Origin: an uncultured virus (IMG/VR IMGVR_UViG_3300034066_002051)
Taxonomy: Duplodnaviria > Heunggongvirae > Uroviricota > Caudoviricetes
Strand: one strand, 5' to 3'
IMG/VR virus record: IMGVR_UViG_3300034066_002051
Length of the DNA: 64,000 bases
The notes below the pieces were generated by a model that made no database searches, was not told where the DNA came from, and saw only the letters and a list, made by a program, of their open reading frames with translations. The position numbers and the translations under genes were made by a program. Positions 20,900 through 31,691 of this stretch are shown piece after piece; the stretch's first letter is position 1; each line of letters starts with the position of its first letter.

Positions 20900-21328
20900 T
20901 CAGTTGTAGGTAAATGTGTCCATCACGAACGTAAGTTCGATGGTGGCTGGGTTGGATGAAGTACGATCAGCAGCGCCGAAGTTGAGGCTTGTCATCTGGG
21001 CATCAGGAATTGTGATTGTACGTTGGCCGAGAGGCTGAGGATCTTCACCACAGGTTACTGGAGTGATAGTGAGGGTTACAAACTCACAACCATAGGCCTT
21101 CCAAAAGTCAACGATATCAGCGTGCTTCTCAGGATCAAATGGAACTGAGAGGGTTACTTCTGAGAGGGTACGGGGGCCACGGAGATTGAAGATACGACCT
21201 CTGACTCCATCTGCATATTGAGATGTTCCGGCAGTGTCTCTAATGCCACTAAAGTTTGTGAAATAATGGGCAAAGGGAGAAGCCTGAATCCAAAATTGTG
21301 ATTGTGCTACGGGCTTATAATTTAGCAT
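20900..21328 (-). CDS. putative tail tube protein
   Basis: 142 aa; pattern FTNFSGI...EVTLSVPFDP...SLNFGAADRTSSNPATIELTF resembles contractile tail tube proteins. Confidence 0.6.
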   Translation of the reverse strand: MLNYKPVAQSQFWIQASPFAHYFTNFSGIRDTAGTSQYADGVRGRIFNLRGPRTLSEVTLSVPFDPEKHADIVDFWKAYGCEFVTLTITPVTCGEDPQPLGQRTITIPDAQMTSLNFGAADRTSSNPATIELTFVMDTFTYN

Positions 21329-21377
21329 GGTGGGATAACTAAACGTTATATCTAATGTATATTTAAACTAAGCCATA

Positions 21378-23330
21378 CTACATAAAATATGGTGCAAAAT
21401 ACTTCCAATACCCAGCCTTCTGGCAATCCACCACTACACATTCTTTATATACAACTTTACGATCTAGTCTGTAAATCTTAGAATATAGGTCAATAAGTTT
21501 TTCAACATCACATTCAGACACCATATCTACTCTAATCTGACCTTCAATAGGCCCAAGTTCCATCTCAAATGAACTACTCATTATCGAGTCTTCTACAGAG
21601 ATATAAGGAGCCTTTTTGATTTCTTCGATAAGTCTTCGTGCGGCATGAGCAATTTCACCTGGCGAGGTATACTCATCGATGTGGTATCTGGAGTTAGATG
21701 CGTCTGCCTCTGAGTCACCAGTGGAAATAATTCTCTGGAACCCAACATCATCAAGACCACCATCGAATTTAGCAGCAATGATCTTAGCCACCTTGTCTTT
21801 CTGACTCTCATCTTCAAGATCGCCTTCCTCATCAAACTCAGAGAAATCAAATAACTCAAGATGGGCATTAGGATCGGCTCCGAAGGCTCCCATAGAACCA
21901 TTTTTCACATCTTCTGGATTCTTGTCCTCAGACATCGGTGCTTGACCACCACCCTCTGGAGGTGCTCCGCCTGGTGGCATTCCACCTGGGGCACCGCCCA
22001 TCATCGGATTCATTTCCATCTTTGCCAAGGAGGGGATCTCGAGTTTATCTCTCATCCAGTCAATGTCTTTGACCTCGTATCCTATAGCCTGGAGTTGGGT
22101 GAGCATTTGAACAATCTTGACTGGATCTTCACGTTGCTCTAGATCATCAAAGTTTCTACGAAGTCTAGGTACAGGCGCCCCTGGATAATTAAGTTCAACA
22201 ATCCATCGTATAAGAGTAGCATTGAGCGTCTCATCAAGTTCTTCTGAGAACGCTTTAGCTTTACGCATACGTACCGAGTCGGAGATTTGATCTCGGGCAT
22301 AAGAACCGACATTTCCTGTCTCTTGGCCAACAGTATTCTCTCCATTAATTACAAAGCTAATCTGCTGATCAACGTACTCGATGAGTTTTTCATACACTTC
22401 AGAACGGCCTTGACTCTCAAGCCAACTAATATCCATCTCATCGGGAATTACGATGGCAGTCTCTTGACCAAGACGTTGGAGCGCAGTAAAGAGTGAATTT
22501 ACCTCGTCTTCTGGGGTGCCAAGGCTAAATTTACCAACTGCTGTGGGTGTTGTATGCTTATCGGCATATTGCAACCAGAAGGACATTAAAGTCCGTCTAA
22601 ATTCCACAAGGCTATAGAGTTGGCGACCAAGTCCTGTGCCATATGGATCCATGAAGTTACTATAGCACCAGTGCCTATGGATGACCATGGAGCGGAGGGG
22701 CAAAGCAATACCCTCTACCGAACTCTCTACGGTGAGAAGACGCGGGGAGATTGTTCCATCTTCATTGAGTACAAAAAGGAATCTCCTTGGGTCTCTAATT
22801 TTAATTTCAGAAGGAACGATATAGTTTCCTTGTCTCATCCAGCAGATCTCACCGATACTGATTCCTAGGATCAGTGATTCACACATTCCTCGGATAAAAG
22901 TATCAAATGCTGAGTTGGATGTAACTAGCATTTCCTTGCCATAGGCCTGACGAGTATTTGTCCCCATGCGATAAAGCACTTGGCGGACAAATTCTGCTAC
23001 CTCCTCATCGCGGTCAGATGGACTCGCAGGATCTACCTCCCACTTTCTCTGAACAATCTCTCCTGTTAATTTTTCCCAAGCAGAGATAATTTGGCTGTCA
23101 TTAAACAGCCGCATGTACTTCTCGATTGCTCGAGGCCCGCCACCACCTTCCTCAATAAGGATATCATCACGACGAGGAAGGATCGTGCCACCTGTGATAT
23201 ATCCATTACCCGCAAATGCATAAGGATCGGCCTTATACCCCGCAAGGCCGCCCTGACCCACACCAAGACTAAAGTATCTATCATAATACCCGGTCTTTGG
23301 TTTTGTTATCGAAGGGCGATCGTCTGCCAT
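21378..23330 (-). CDS. portal protein, Mu gp29/DUF935-like, with long C-terminal extension
   Basis: PYGTGLGRQLY, FWLQYADKHTTPTAVGK, ISFVINGENT, GSYARDQI, LIRWIVELNYP motifs of DUF935 portals. Confidence 0.85.
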   Translation of the reverse strand: MADDRPSITKPKTGYYDRYFSLGVGQGGLAGYKADPYAFAGNGYITGGTILPRRDDILIEEGGGGPRAIEKYMRLFNDSQIISAWEKLTGEIVQRKWEVDPASPSDRDEEVAEFVRQVLYRMGTNTRQAYGKEMLVTSNSAFDTFIRGMCESLILGISIGEICWMRQGNYIVPSEIKIRDPRRFLFVLNEDGTISPRLLTVESSVEGIALPLRSMVIHRHWCYSNFMDPYGTGLGRQLYSLVEFRRTLMSFWLQYADKHTTPTAVGKFSLGTPEDEVNSLFTALQRLGQETAIVIPDEMDISWLESQGRSEVYEKLIEYVDQQISFVINGENTVGQETGNVGSYARDQISDSVRMRKAKAFSEELDETLNATLIRWIVELNYPGAPVPRLRRNFDDLEQREDPVKIVQMLTQLQAIGYEVKDIDWMRDKLEIPSLAKMEMNPMMGGAPGGMPPGGAPPEGGGQAPMSEDKNPEDVKNGSMGAFGADPNAHLELFDFSEFDEEGDLEDESQKDKVAKIIAAKFDGGLDDVGFQRIISTGDSEADASNSRYHIDEYTSPGEIAHAARRLIEEIKKAPYISVEDSIMSSSFEMELGPIEGQIRVDMVSECDVEKLIDLYSKIYRLDRKVVYKECVVVDCQKAGYWKYFAPYFM

Positions 23331-23338
23331 TCTATTAC

Positions 23339-23530
23339 CTACTCTAAGGATCTATTATCTTTTTTATCTTTAAACTTAGACTGATCGATATAGACTACAT
23401 CGAGATCGAGAATAATATCGCGGAGTTCATCGGCAGTGATTTCTCCCTTCTCATATCTTTCAATGGCCTCTTCGGCTCCTTCGACAATTACATTTTGCCC
23501 TAGGGTAAGGATATTTACTCCTTTTTCCAT
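23339..23530 (-). CDS. hypothetical protein
   Basis: 63-aa ORF overlapping the end of the upstream gene. Confidence 0.5.
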   Translation of the reverse strand: MEKGVNILTLGQNVIVEGAEEAIERYEKGEITADELRDIILDLDVVYIDQSKFKDKKDNRSLE

Positions 23531-24537
23531 TGTTTTTGCTCCTCGCGAGTTTGATTAGTGATGTCGTAAAGTTGTTGTTGCCACTTTTCTTCAAAGGTGG
23601 CGATATGGAGATGCCATTTTTTAGGCCATTCTCCGATTGAGTAGCGGTGCTCTAGCTCCTCAGGGAGTCTAGTAGTGAAAACTTTTCTTAGAGCAGCCAC
23701 CCCAGCGGCTACAAAGTTCTTACGATTTTTCGTATAGTATTTTTCCAAGATCTCCAAAGGGACATAGGGGAAAACTTTTTCAAATTCAGAGAATAACGGC
23801 GAGTTTTTAATATCAAGTTTATTCTCTTCGGTAGCTTTTTCCGATACATAGATATAAGCATCGTCGAGTATATGGCCAATTAGAGTGATGTTAAAAGGAC
23901 ATTGTTCATAGTCGTTAATCTCTTTCCAAAAGATTTTAAGAGATTCATATGCTGCAACAATACTATGCTTACTGAATTTAGAAAATCGTCCTTCTAGATC
24001 TTTCTTGAGAGCATCGATATAGTAAATATCTGGAGCATCAGGCCATTTGTGGGCCCTATGGGCGCATCCAGAAGCCCATAAAAATGCCAGAAGAAGCATT
24101 TTAATTCGCCCTTCTTTTAGGTCTTTTAATGGAAGGATATTGTTATCTTGGATGTGTGAATACCAGTTCTCAAACAACCTCAGGGAACGTTCATTAGCCC
24201 CTTCCCATACCTTTGTTTTAGATATTAGCCCTAGATGTTTTTCATTACATGTTCCATAAGAACTAATAATATTAAATTTTTTATCTTCTTCGGAGAATTC
24301 TGGATCGGACTTAAATGTGGTTTGTTTACGTGGAGTTGAGGATGATTGCCTTAACTCCTCAAGTTGTAACTCGTGACTAAATGTGGCTTCTGTCTTCCAC
24401 TTATCATACTCAAGAATCCTCTCAAGGATGGTCTCACTTGAGAGCAATGAAGATCCCTGCTCGGTTTTCAATTCTGTGGCAATACTAAGCAGCTGTTGCA
24501 GTTCCAAGTTTGCGCAAAGATACGTCGATATACCCAA
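23515..24537 (-). CDS. hypothetical protein
   Basis: 340-aa ORF; no family recognised. Confidence 0.6.
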   Translation of the reverse strand: MGISTYLCANLELQQLLSIATELKTEQGSSLLSSETILERILEYDKWKTEATFSHELQLEELRQSSSTPRKQTTFKSDPEFSEEDKKFNIISSYGTCNEKHLGLISKTKVWEGANERSLRLFENWYSHIQDNNILPLKDLKEGRIKMLLLAFLWASGCAHRAHKWPDAPDIYYIDALKKDLEGRFSKFSKHSIVAAYESLKIFWKEINDYEQCPFNITLIGHILDDAYIYVSEKATEENKLDIKNSPLFSEFEKVFPYVPLEILEKYYTKNRKNFVAAGVAALRKVFTTRLPEELEHRYSIGEWPKKWHLHIATFEEKWQQQLYDITNQTREEQKQWKKE

Positions 24538-24934
24538 TTATATCACGATAGGAGGTGGTGTCAACAACTTTCTTAAAAACCTTTGGAGATATACGCCTTA
24601 AATCCATTCCTTCGGTCAGAATGTAGTTAATTCGCTCATATACAGACACACCTGGTTCTTCATACAAGAAGACTATAGGACCCTCATCTCCATCCATTCC
24701 TTCAATAACACTCAATGCCTTAAAAAGTTCTGATAGTATTCCACAGTCATATCCGCAAAGTACAATAAAATCAGAAGACTTTATCGATGGGTCAGTAAGT
24801 CCTTGACGAGTTTTAAAATCCACCCCATCTTTTTCTGTAAGCATTTGCTCAAGATGCACTGCCATCTTATTCATGTCGGACATCTCATCGACATTTTTAC
24901 CTTTAAGAAGGAGCACAGAAACTTTTGATTGCAT
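24485..24934 (-). CDS. hypothetical protein, weak LOG/SLOG-like segment
   Basis: SDFIVLCGYDCGILSELFKAL...GPIVFL resembles the LOG segment SDAFIALPGGxGTLxELFEAL...PIVL. Confidence 0.5.
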   Translation of the reverse strand: MQSKVSVLLLKGKNVDEMSDMNKMAVHLEQMLTEKDGVDFKTRQGLTDPSIKSSDFIVLCGYDCGILSELFKALSVIEGMDGDEGPIVFLYEEPGVSVYERINYILTEGMDLRRISPKVFKKVVDTTSYRDIIGYIDVSLRKLGTATAA

Positions 24935-24956
24935 CGGATCTATTTAAGTCTCAAAG

Positions 24957-24977
24957 CTTTAAACTCAAAGTTTAAAG
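24957..24977. promoter_or_regulatory. back-to-back divergent putative late promoters (GTTTAAAG on each strand)
   Basis: CTTTAAAC at 24957-24964 (minus, ATG 24934) and GTTTAAAG at 24970-24977 (plus, ATG 25000). Confidence 0.6.
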
Positions 24978-24999
24978 TTTAGAAAAGTATGTGTAGCAG

Positions 25000-27900
25000 A
25001 TGAGTTCTCCTTTCATAGAGTTACTAAAACCGAGAATTCCACTAATCATCTCTCAAGGATTTTCCTTGTATGAGAGAGAATTTGGTGCGTTTAATACAGA
25101 TAAACAACGAAAGGAGTTATCAGCCCTAATCAACCAACTCCTACCTTTGATTATTGATCGGATTGAGAATGGAGATCCAGTACTACTAGAACCACTAAAA
25201 TCTATAATTCTTGAGGGACTGTTTGTAGTAGGGATAGGTCAACCTTACCCAGTTGAGTTGTTTGACTCGATTATTTCAGTAATTGAGTCATATGTGAATG
25301 AAGTGCCCGGAGTATACATTGAGTTTTTACGTACCATTAAAGAATATGGCCAACTTATTAAAACTAGTGTATCTGATATAAATTTTTTCTCATCTTCATC
25401 TGTATTCGATATTTTACAAACACCTCAAGAATATCAGTACTCAGAGGATCAGTTTATTTTCTCACCTAAAGAGATCAATAGAGATAGTAGAAAAATTTAT
25501 ACTTTATTTCCTAAAGAACGATATTGGGAAGTATTTAAAGAACTTTCTAATGCTACTTCATACTCACCACTAGGATATAATAGGGTAGCTGGAAAAATTG
25601 GTAAATCACAATATAGAATTAATATTACCTATAATGATTTGATCATTTATAATGGTTCGTTATATAAGTTAAATTCAAATGTAACTTCTCCTAATCGTGA
25701 GATTTTTGAAGAAGAACAATGGACAAAATATACTTCTAAAAGACTTAATTCATTAGCTACTTTTAAAGAAATCTACGACAAAAATATCCAGCAATATTAT
25801 GCAGGATTTTTAGATAATGGATTTGATATTAATGCTATCTCGTCAGACTCAAAGATTGTTGAATATTCAGATCCAGTATCAGTAAATGAGGACCTTCTTA
25901 CTACAACTTTTGGTGGTGAGGGAAAAACTTTATTTAGCACGATCAAACGAATGAAGCTTCTCACCGATTATTTTGGTGGGTATGAAGGTTCAGTGCTTGG
26001 TGGTGTGGAATATATTACTAAATATTCAGAGTTTCTTCTTGCTTGCGCTTACGGACGTAATAAGAGTAATGCATTTGAAATAATCAATAATCAAACTTCA
26101 TTTGGAAAATTTGATGTTCTTTTCTTATCAAAAATTACAACAAATAGAATCCCTGGACTTAATTTCTTAAAAGGATTTTTAAAGTTAAAGACTTTTATCC
26201 ATGGACAACAAATCCCAGAAGGGATTAATATTGCTCAAAAAACAATTACATATAATCCAATATTTGTCCAGTTTAGGAATGGAGTAGCAGATCGTTATAC
26301 GCCAAAATCTAAAAAAGATAGTTATACTATAAATCCTAGCATAGATCTTCTACTAGCAGGTTTAGAAACTCTATATAACAGATGTCTATACTTAGGTGAC
26401 TTAACTCAATCTATTTTAAATTCATTAGATTCAAGAGGTCAATTAAATGGGTATGAAGGTCTGGGTTCTATTGAGCCTCAACTGAAAGAAATTCAAAGAA
26501 TATTTCCTCCTAGTCCATTTTTAAATGACTTGCCCTCTGGTGTCGGTCCTGGATTTTCTGGAAATATTAGATATCTGATAGACTCGTATGTAAGACTCTC
26601 AAATACTTTTATATTTACTCAACTGCCAGGTAAGTCTCTAGAGTTTATCTTAAATGTATCAAATGTTATTAACGAACAAGTAAAAACAATTGTAGATACA
26701 CTTAAAAAGTTAAGTATTTCCTCCTTCTCTTATATACCGAATATTGGGACAAAATCGTTCCAATCCCAAAATACTGCAATAATCTCATTCTTAAGATCAT
26801 TAGGTTTTAAGGATTCAGAGATTAATGGCTTATTAAATGCTAATAGTTTTTCCGAACTAATTACATCTTTTTCTCCACTTTCAGATTCTAATGATCTTAA
26901 ATCTTTCTTTAAGGGATTTGAGTTATCGCAATTAATATATGAGATTGGAGGAGAAGATGGTATTAACGCGTATCTTTCGTTCTTATATTCTACATCAGAC
27001 ATAGACGGATTGCTGAATATTCTTGCAATTGCACAAAAAGATAAATCAAAAGCAACTTACATCCAAATAAATCAGTATCCAAAATTAGTTGGATTATTGA
27101 TCGGATTAACATATGCCGTCGATCCGAATCAACTTATTAAGTTTACAAAGTTACTTGGACAAAATAATCTTACTCTTCTTGAGTCGATTACATATCTATT
27201 TCAATCAGGCCAAGAGAATATTATAAAGTCAAAAGATAATATCGAACTTCTGCAACCAATTATAGACCAAGTAATACAAGGTAATTATTTAGATCCGCTT
27301 TTAACCCCAGACTTAAGTTATCCTCAGGCGAATAAAGTAGTTCCTATTGCCTTAAAACAATGGACAAAAGAACTTGGAGATAATCTGGGTAATATTCAGT
27401 CGGTAGAGACGATTAGACATCTCTACGATAAATCCATAGGTCTAACAGGTAAAGAATTAGTTTCTATTTTAGGTGCAACGTCCCCAACAACTCCTTTAGG
27501 GCAGATGTTGGATGGGTTTAATGGAGGTAATTTTACAAAGTTTATTCAGTACGCTAATATAACTGGGTTAGGAATAAAGTTAGGATTTTACAAAAATTCA
27601 TCACAACTAAATAATTTTAAGTTGAATCCAAGTACATCTTCTATAGGTATTCTTTCACTCATAGATGGATTAGAAAGTATTATTGAAGTAACAGATATCA
27701 TTAATATCATTTTCGAATCTAATCTTGATTACACATATACATCCGAAGGTAATGATAAATTAGAAACATTATTAAATGCTCAGAATAAAACATATGAGTC
27801 ATTGAGTAATGTTGTTTCTCAATTATTATCCTCTTCTGACGAAGAAAATATTATCTCTATCAAGAGTTTTGCTGGAAATGCTCCAATTCTTGAATCTCCA

Positions 27901-28890
27901 GGTATTGGTAACTCCAGAATACCTAATCGTATCCCAGTAATAAACTCAATAACCCCAGAACAATACCGGGTTTTATTTTCTCAGAATCCTCAAATAAATG
28001 TATTATCACAGATCCCCAAAGCAATTACTCCTAATCTAGTTAATAACTTTATTAAATTTGCAGAGGAGAATAAATTAATTAATATAATTAATCAAACTGA
28101 TGAATCATCTGCCATCACAAGAAATTTATCTAGGAATATTTCTTGGAAACCTGCAACTTCCTACGAAACTCCTCCAAAAGACTTAATAGTCTCACCCATA
28201 GAGTACAAGGTCCCAGGTATATATGCAGATGAAGAATTAACTTCCCCTATACAATCTAACGTATTAGGAGTATCATATATCCAAAAACCTTCCAATCAAT
28301 TTCCCATCCCCGCTGAGTTATTTTCTGCGTTTGATCCAATAGCTTCTTGTCGAAGATTTGGTGGAGAAGACTGCGAAGCATTATATGCAAATTCAGATGA
28401 AAGATGTGTTAATCAAATAAATAAGTCTCTGTTCCCAGAAGAATATAAAACTGTTCCTGGATTGTCTCCACAAACAATCTCAATAGATCGTCCATTAGGG
28501 TCTTTCTTAGAATTTAAGCCATCCAAGGCTTTTGTTTCTACTTCAGAATATAACACTCCACCGGCATATGTTTCATTACTTGGCGCGGATATAGAAGGGT
28601 TTGGAAATAGAGGTGAACCTATCTCTTCTAATATTGGCGGATTACCATTAGTATTTAATTCTGGAGGAGGAGAAGTTAGTGAGTATAATAACACAGAGTT
28701 TGGAATTATTGAGGGTATAAAAGCAAAACTTGAAAAGAACGCAGAATTTAACTGCGCTACATTCGATTCACCATTTGAATATCAAATTTGTATGAATATT
28801 ATTAAATGTAAGAAGTTTTCTATACCATTTGAAGGTAATTATTTCCTAGGTTTTTGTCCTAAGACCTTAGCTGGAGGCAGACTGAAATGA
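25000..28890 (+). CDS. large hypothetical protein, probably late/virion-associated
   Basis: 1296-aa ORF downstream of a GTTTAAAG motif; Cys-containing C-terminus; no family recognised. Confidence 0.6.
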   Translation: MSSPFIELLKPRIPLIISQGFSLYEREFGAFNTDKQRKELSALINQLLPLIIDRIENGDPVLLEPLKSIILEGLFVVGIGQPYPVELFDSIISVIESYVNEVPGVYIEFLRTIKEYGQLIKTSVSDINFFSSSSVFDILQTPQEYQYSEDQFIFSPKEINRDSRKIYTLFPKERYWEVFKELSNATSYSPLGYNRVAGKIGKSQYRINITYNDLIIYNGSLYKLNSNVTSPNREIFEEEQWTKYTSKRLNSLATFKEIYDKNIQQYYAGFLDNGFDINAISSDSKIVEYSDPVSVNEDLLTTTFGGEGKTLFSTIKRMKLLTDYFGGYEGSVLGGVEYITKYSEFLLACAYGRNKSNAFEIINNQTSFGKFDVLFLSKITTNRIPGLNFLKGFLKLKTFIHGQQIPEGINIAQKTITYNPIFVQFRNGVADRYTPKSKKDSYTINPSIDLLLAGLETLYNRCLYLGDLTQSILNSLDSRGQLNGYEGLGSIEPQLKEIQRIFPPSPFLNDLPSGVGPGFSGNIRYLIDSYVRLSNTFIFTQLPGKSLEFILNVSNVINEQVKTIVDTLKKLSISSFSYIPNIGTKSFQSQNTAIISFLRSLGFKDSEINGLLNANSFSELITSFSPLSDSNDLKSFFKGFELSQLIYEIGGEDGINAYLSFLYSTSDIDGLLNILAIAQKDKSKATYIQINQYPKLVGLLIGLTYAVDPNQLIKFTKLLGQNNLTLLESITYLFQSGQENIIKSKDNIELLQPIIDQVIQGNYLDPLLTPDLSYPQANKVVPIALKQWTKELGDNLGNIQSVETIRHLYDKSIGLTGKELVSILGATSPTTPLGQMLDGFNGGNFTKFIQYANITGLGIKLGFYKNSSQLNNFKLNPSTSSIGILSLIDGLESIIEVTDIINIIFESNLDYTYTSEGNDKLETLLNAQNKTYESLSNVVSQLLSSSDEENIISIKSFAGNAPILESPGIGNSRIPNRIPVINSITPEQYRVLFSQNPQINVLSQIPKAITPNLVNNFIKFAEENKLINIINQTDESSAITRNLSRNISWKPATSYETPPKDLIVSPIEYKVPGIYADEELTSPIQSNVLGVSYIQKPSNQFPIPAELFSAFDPIASCRRFGGEDCEALYANSDERCVNQINKSLFPEEYKTVPGLSPQTISIDRPLGSFLEFKPSKAFVSTSEYNTPPAYVSLLGADIEGFGNRGEPISSNIGGLPLVFNSGGGEVSEYNNTEFGIIEGIKAKLEKNAEFNCATFDSPFEYQICMNIIKCKKFSIPFEGNYFLGFCPKTLAGGRLK

Positions 28891-29702
28891 AAAAATTTCA
28901 TTCATTCTTTAAAGTTTCTTCAAAGGACATAAAAACATTATCGTTCGGACTTAAATCACCTGGGAACTTTAATTATTTTGAGATGCCAGATCCTTCTGGT
29001 TCTTATGTAAATAATTCAGCAAAACTTTACAAGCAAATGAATAACTCTTTTTTGCTTGAGGTTAATATAGATGACAGATACGATGGTCCGCTAAAAGAAC
29101 TCAAATTAACAAACCAAGATATTTTAACTTGGGAAGATCATTGGATAGATACAAAAACAAATACCATCATAGACCCTAAAATTGAAAAAATCAATCTCCA
29201 AAAGAATACATTAGTCCACGCAAATTTTAATTTAACGCGGAATAGGTTGAAGTATATAAACCTTGAAGGTAATAGAAACATGAGAGGAATATTTATTACA
29301 GATGCTCCAAATCTAGAAGTTTTAAATATTTCAAATTGTCAAGCTCTTGATGTTATTAATCTTGGTAATAATAAAGGAATAAAGGCATTAATTGCTAAAA
29401 ATTGTAATTTATCTTCAGCTTTACAGGAAAGACTTCTCAGAGATTTTCGTCCGGTGCAAACATCTTCATCGAATAGACAATTTTCGATGTTTAGAAAAAC
29501 CTATGAGACAGTTTTGGATCTTAGAGGGACTGAGATAGACTGGGGGAATAGACGCATTGCCTCTAAGATCAGAATGTTGCTATGTAACAACTGGCTTGTT
29601 TTGTGGGACAATCCGCCCCCGGTATCAATAATCCCTCCCCAGATGTACGCATTTTTTACCACTAATCTTGAAGAATCTCTGATTAAAGAATATTATGGCT
29701 GA
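28887..29702 (+). CDS. leucine-rich-repeat-like protein
   Basis: LKYINLEGN / LEVLNISNC / LDVINLGNN / IKALIAKNC LRR-like periodicity. Confidence 0.55.
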   Translation: MKKFHSFFKVSSKDIKTLSFGLKSPGNFNYFEMPDPSGSYVNNSAKLYKQMNNSFLLEVNIDDRYDGPLKELKLTNQDILTWEDHWIDTKTNTIIDPKIEKINLQKNTLVHANFNLTRNRLKYINLEGNRNMRGIFITDAPNLEVLNISNCQALDVINLGNNKGIKALIAKNCNLSSALQERLLRDFRPVQTSSSNRQFSMFRKTYETVLDLRGTEIDWGNRRIASKIRMLLCNNWLVLWDNPPPVSIIPPQMYAFFTTNLEESLIKEYYG

Positions 29703-30573
29703 CTTACGTTTTCGTTTTATCGAAGATTATGCCGGGGGGTTATTAAATATCTCCAGGCAGGAAATCTCAACAACTGGAGAAGTTCTTTCCCAAGATGGAC
29801 TAACTACTGAGGGAACGATCTTTGTCGAAGATGGTAGTGGGGTTAAAACTGGACTAAAGCTTGGCGTAAGCCTGGCAGAATCTGTTGATCCTACAACTGA
29901 AATGGGACTTGTTAATGTTCGTTTTGCAGACAGAACATACGCTAAAGTCCGTGATTTAAGAATTTTTACAACTGCAATTGCCTCTGCTCAATCAGCTCTT
30001 TCAGAGGCAACTTCTACGTCAATATCAAATCTTGAGACGGCATTCCAGCTTCTAGAGGATGATATTAACACCCTAGAGGAGAATTTGCAAAGTAACATTA
30101 GTAATGAAAGAGAAAAAATTCAAGAGCTTACAATCAATCAGAATGATTTAACAAGTAGAATTAATACACATGATGTAGATATTCAGACTCTTGCGTCTAG
30201 AGTATTAGCGTTAGAAACAGTGACTCCAGAATCACAAACTGAAGCAATCGACGTTTTAGAGATTGAGCAAAACTCTTTATATTATTCAGGTACTATTAGT
30301 ATATCTGGTGGTATTGTTACTGGAAGTGGTACAGATTTTACTGGAGAGTTAAATCTCGGTGATATATTTATTGCAGAAGATGCTAATGGATTTGATGTAG
30401 AGTTTCAAATTACTGCTTTTGATACTGCTACTCCAGATACAAAATTAGCTGTTATTCCAACAAATAAAACTGTAAATGCAGGATCTTCTTACAAACGAGA
30501 TATAAATAGACTGATTGCAAAAAAGATCAACGAAGTAATTTTTGCGCTTAAAAAATTAAACGTTTTCGTATAA
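29695..30573 (+). CDS. putative structural protein (coiled coil plus beta domain)
   Basis: central heptad coiled coil; C-terminal SGTISISGGIVTGSGTDFTGELNLGDIF module also present in the sheath. Confidence 0.55.
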   Translation: MADLRFRFIEDYAGGLLNISRQEISTTGEVLSQDGLTTEGTIFVEDGSGVKTGLKLGVSLAESVDPTTEMGLVNVRFADRTYAKVRDLRIFTTAIASAQSALSEATSTSISNLETAFQLLEDDINTLEENLQSNISNEREKIQELTINQNDLTSRINTHDVDIQTLASRVLALETVTPESQTEAIDVLEIEQNSLYYSGTISISGGIVTGSGTDFTGELNLGDIFIAEDANGFDVEFQITAFDTATPDTKLAVIPTNKTVNAGSSYKRDINRLIAKKINEVIFALKKLNVFV

Positions 30574-30918
30574 TTCTTCAATAATCTCTTCAATAATCTC
30601 AATACTGAGTCGGATCGAGTATAAAGGTCCGACTTTTTTTAATATAAAAAATACTACACCAACCGATTTATCTTCATCAGTAGGAAACATCTCATCATAA
30701 ACAGAGATGTATTTATCCATTCCTCCAACCATCTCATAGACTGTATCTGGATCAAATATCCACATACAATCCGCCCTATCAGCTGTGGCAACGTAAAGAG
30801 CAAAAGGCGTCCTATGAATTAGGACATGTTCTAAGCATTCTAAGGTTTCATTAAGGTTTTCTGTGTTAAGCAGAGAGTTTTTAAGTGCTTGTTTTTCTTC
30901 ATCTGTATTGAAATTCAT
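30556..30918 (-). CDS. hypothetical protein
   Basis: 120-aa ORF coupled by ATGA overlap to dCMP deaminase. Confidence 0.55.
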   Translation of the reverse strand: MNFNTDEEKQALKNSLLNTENLNETLECLEHVLIHRTPFALYVATADRADCMWIFDPDTVYEMVGGMDKYISVYDEMFPTDEDKSVGVVFFILKKVGPLYSIRLSIEIIEEIIEELYENV

Positions 30919-31325
30919 GGGACCTCCTGAGTCTCTACACCAAGCGCGTTTAAAACTTCGATCCCTTCTGTAATTCTATACTTATGTTTAAAATATACCT
31001 TTTTAATTCCGCTCTGTGCGAGAAGCTTTGAGCATTCAGAACACGGTGAATGGGTGCAAAACAACTCGGCTCCTTCAATAGACTCTGTTGATTTTGCCAT
31101 CTTAACAAGGACATTTTGCTCTGCATGTAGAACAAATGGAGATGTTACTCCATTCTCATCTTCGCAACAATTAGTCCTATATCCACTAGGTGTTCCATTC
31201 CACCCATGAGCCAAAATCGATCCGTTTTTAACAATTATAGCGCCTACTTTGAGCCTATTACATTTAGAAACCTGAGCGAATCTTTCTGCGATATCCATAT
31301 AAGCATCGATTAATTCAGGCTTCAT
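30915..31325 (-). CDS. dCMP deaminase
   Basis: KVGAIIVK, GWNGTPSG, HAEQN and SPCSEC zinc-deaminase motifs. Confidence 0.92.
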   Translation of the reverse strand: MKPELIDAYMDIAERFAQVSKCNRLKVGAIIVKNGSILAHGWNGTPSGYRTNCCEDENGVTSPFVLHAEQNVLVKMAKSTESIEGAELFCTHSPCSECSKLLAQSGIKKVYFKHKYRITEGIEVLNALGVETQEVP

Positions 31326-31352
31326 AAAATTGTTATCTCTGATACAATTATA

Positions 31353-31691
31353 TCAGAGTTTGAAGGATCTATTTCCGGTAATCCCGAGTTTCTTAATAAT
31401 ATGTTGATTGAAACGTTTGAACAACCTCTTATCCTCCTCGCCTATAAAAACTTTACCGGTAGGGGCAGGTGGTTGGGAGACATTTGGAAGTGCATCAAGT
31501 TTCTCTAGAGTTTCTTCAATCATTTTATCTATCTCAATCACCTTTTTAATATTTTCTTCTACTTCTTCAATTGTTGGAAGAGTTCTTTCTTCAGAAAGCG
31601 ACTCAATATTATTCTCAGGTTCTTCTGCTTTTTGATTTTTCACTTTACGTCTATATGTCATTAGTATCTTCTCCTGCGACATGAGTTGCAT
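31353..31691 (-). CDS. hypothetical protein
   Basis: charged ORF; real start is probably the ATG near 31661. Confidence 0.5.
   Translation of the reverse strand: MQLMSQEKILMTYRRKVKNQKAEEPENNIESLSEERTLPTIEEVEENIKKVIEIDKMIEETLEKLDALPNVSQPPAPTGKVFIGEEDKRLFKRFNQHIIKKLGITGNRSFKL

Noticed and set aside
1010..23384. Many plus-strand ORFs of 60-120 aa opposite the fibre and portal genes
   Set aside because: Antisense shadows of long minus-strand genes; no RBS and no recognisable motifs
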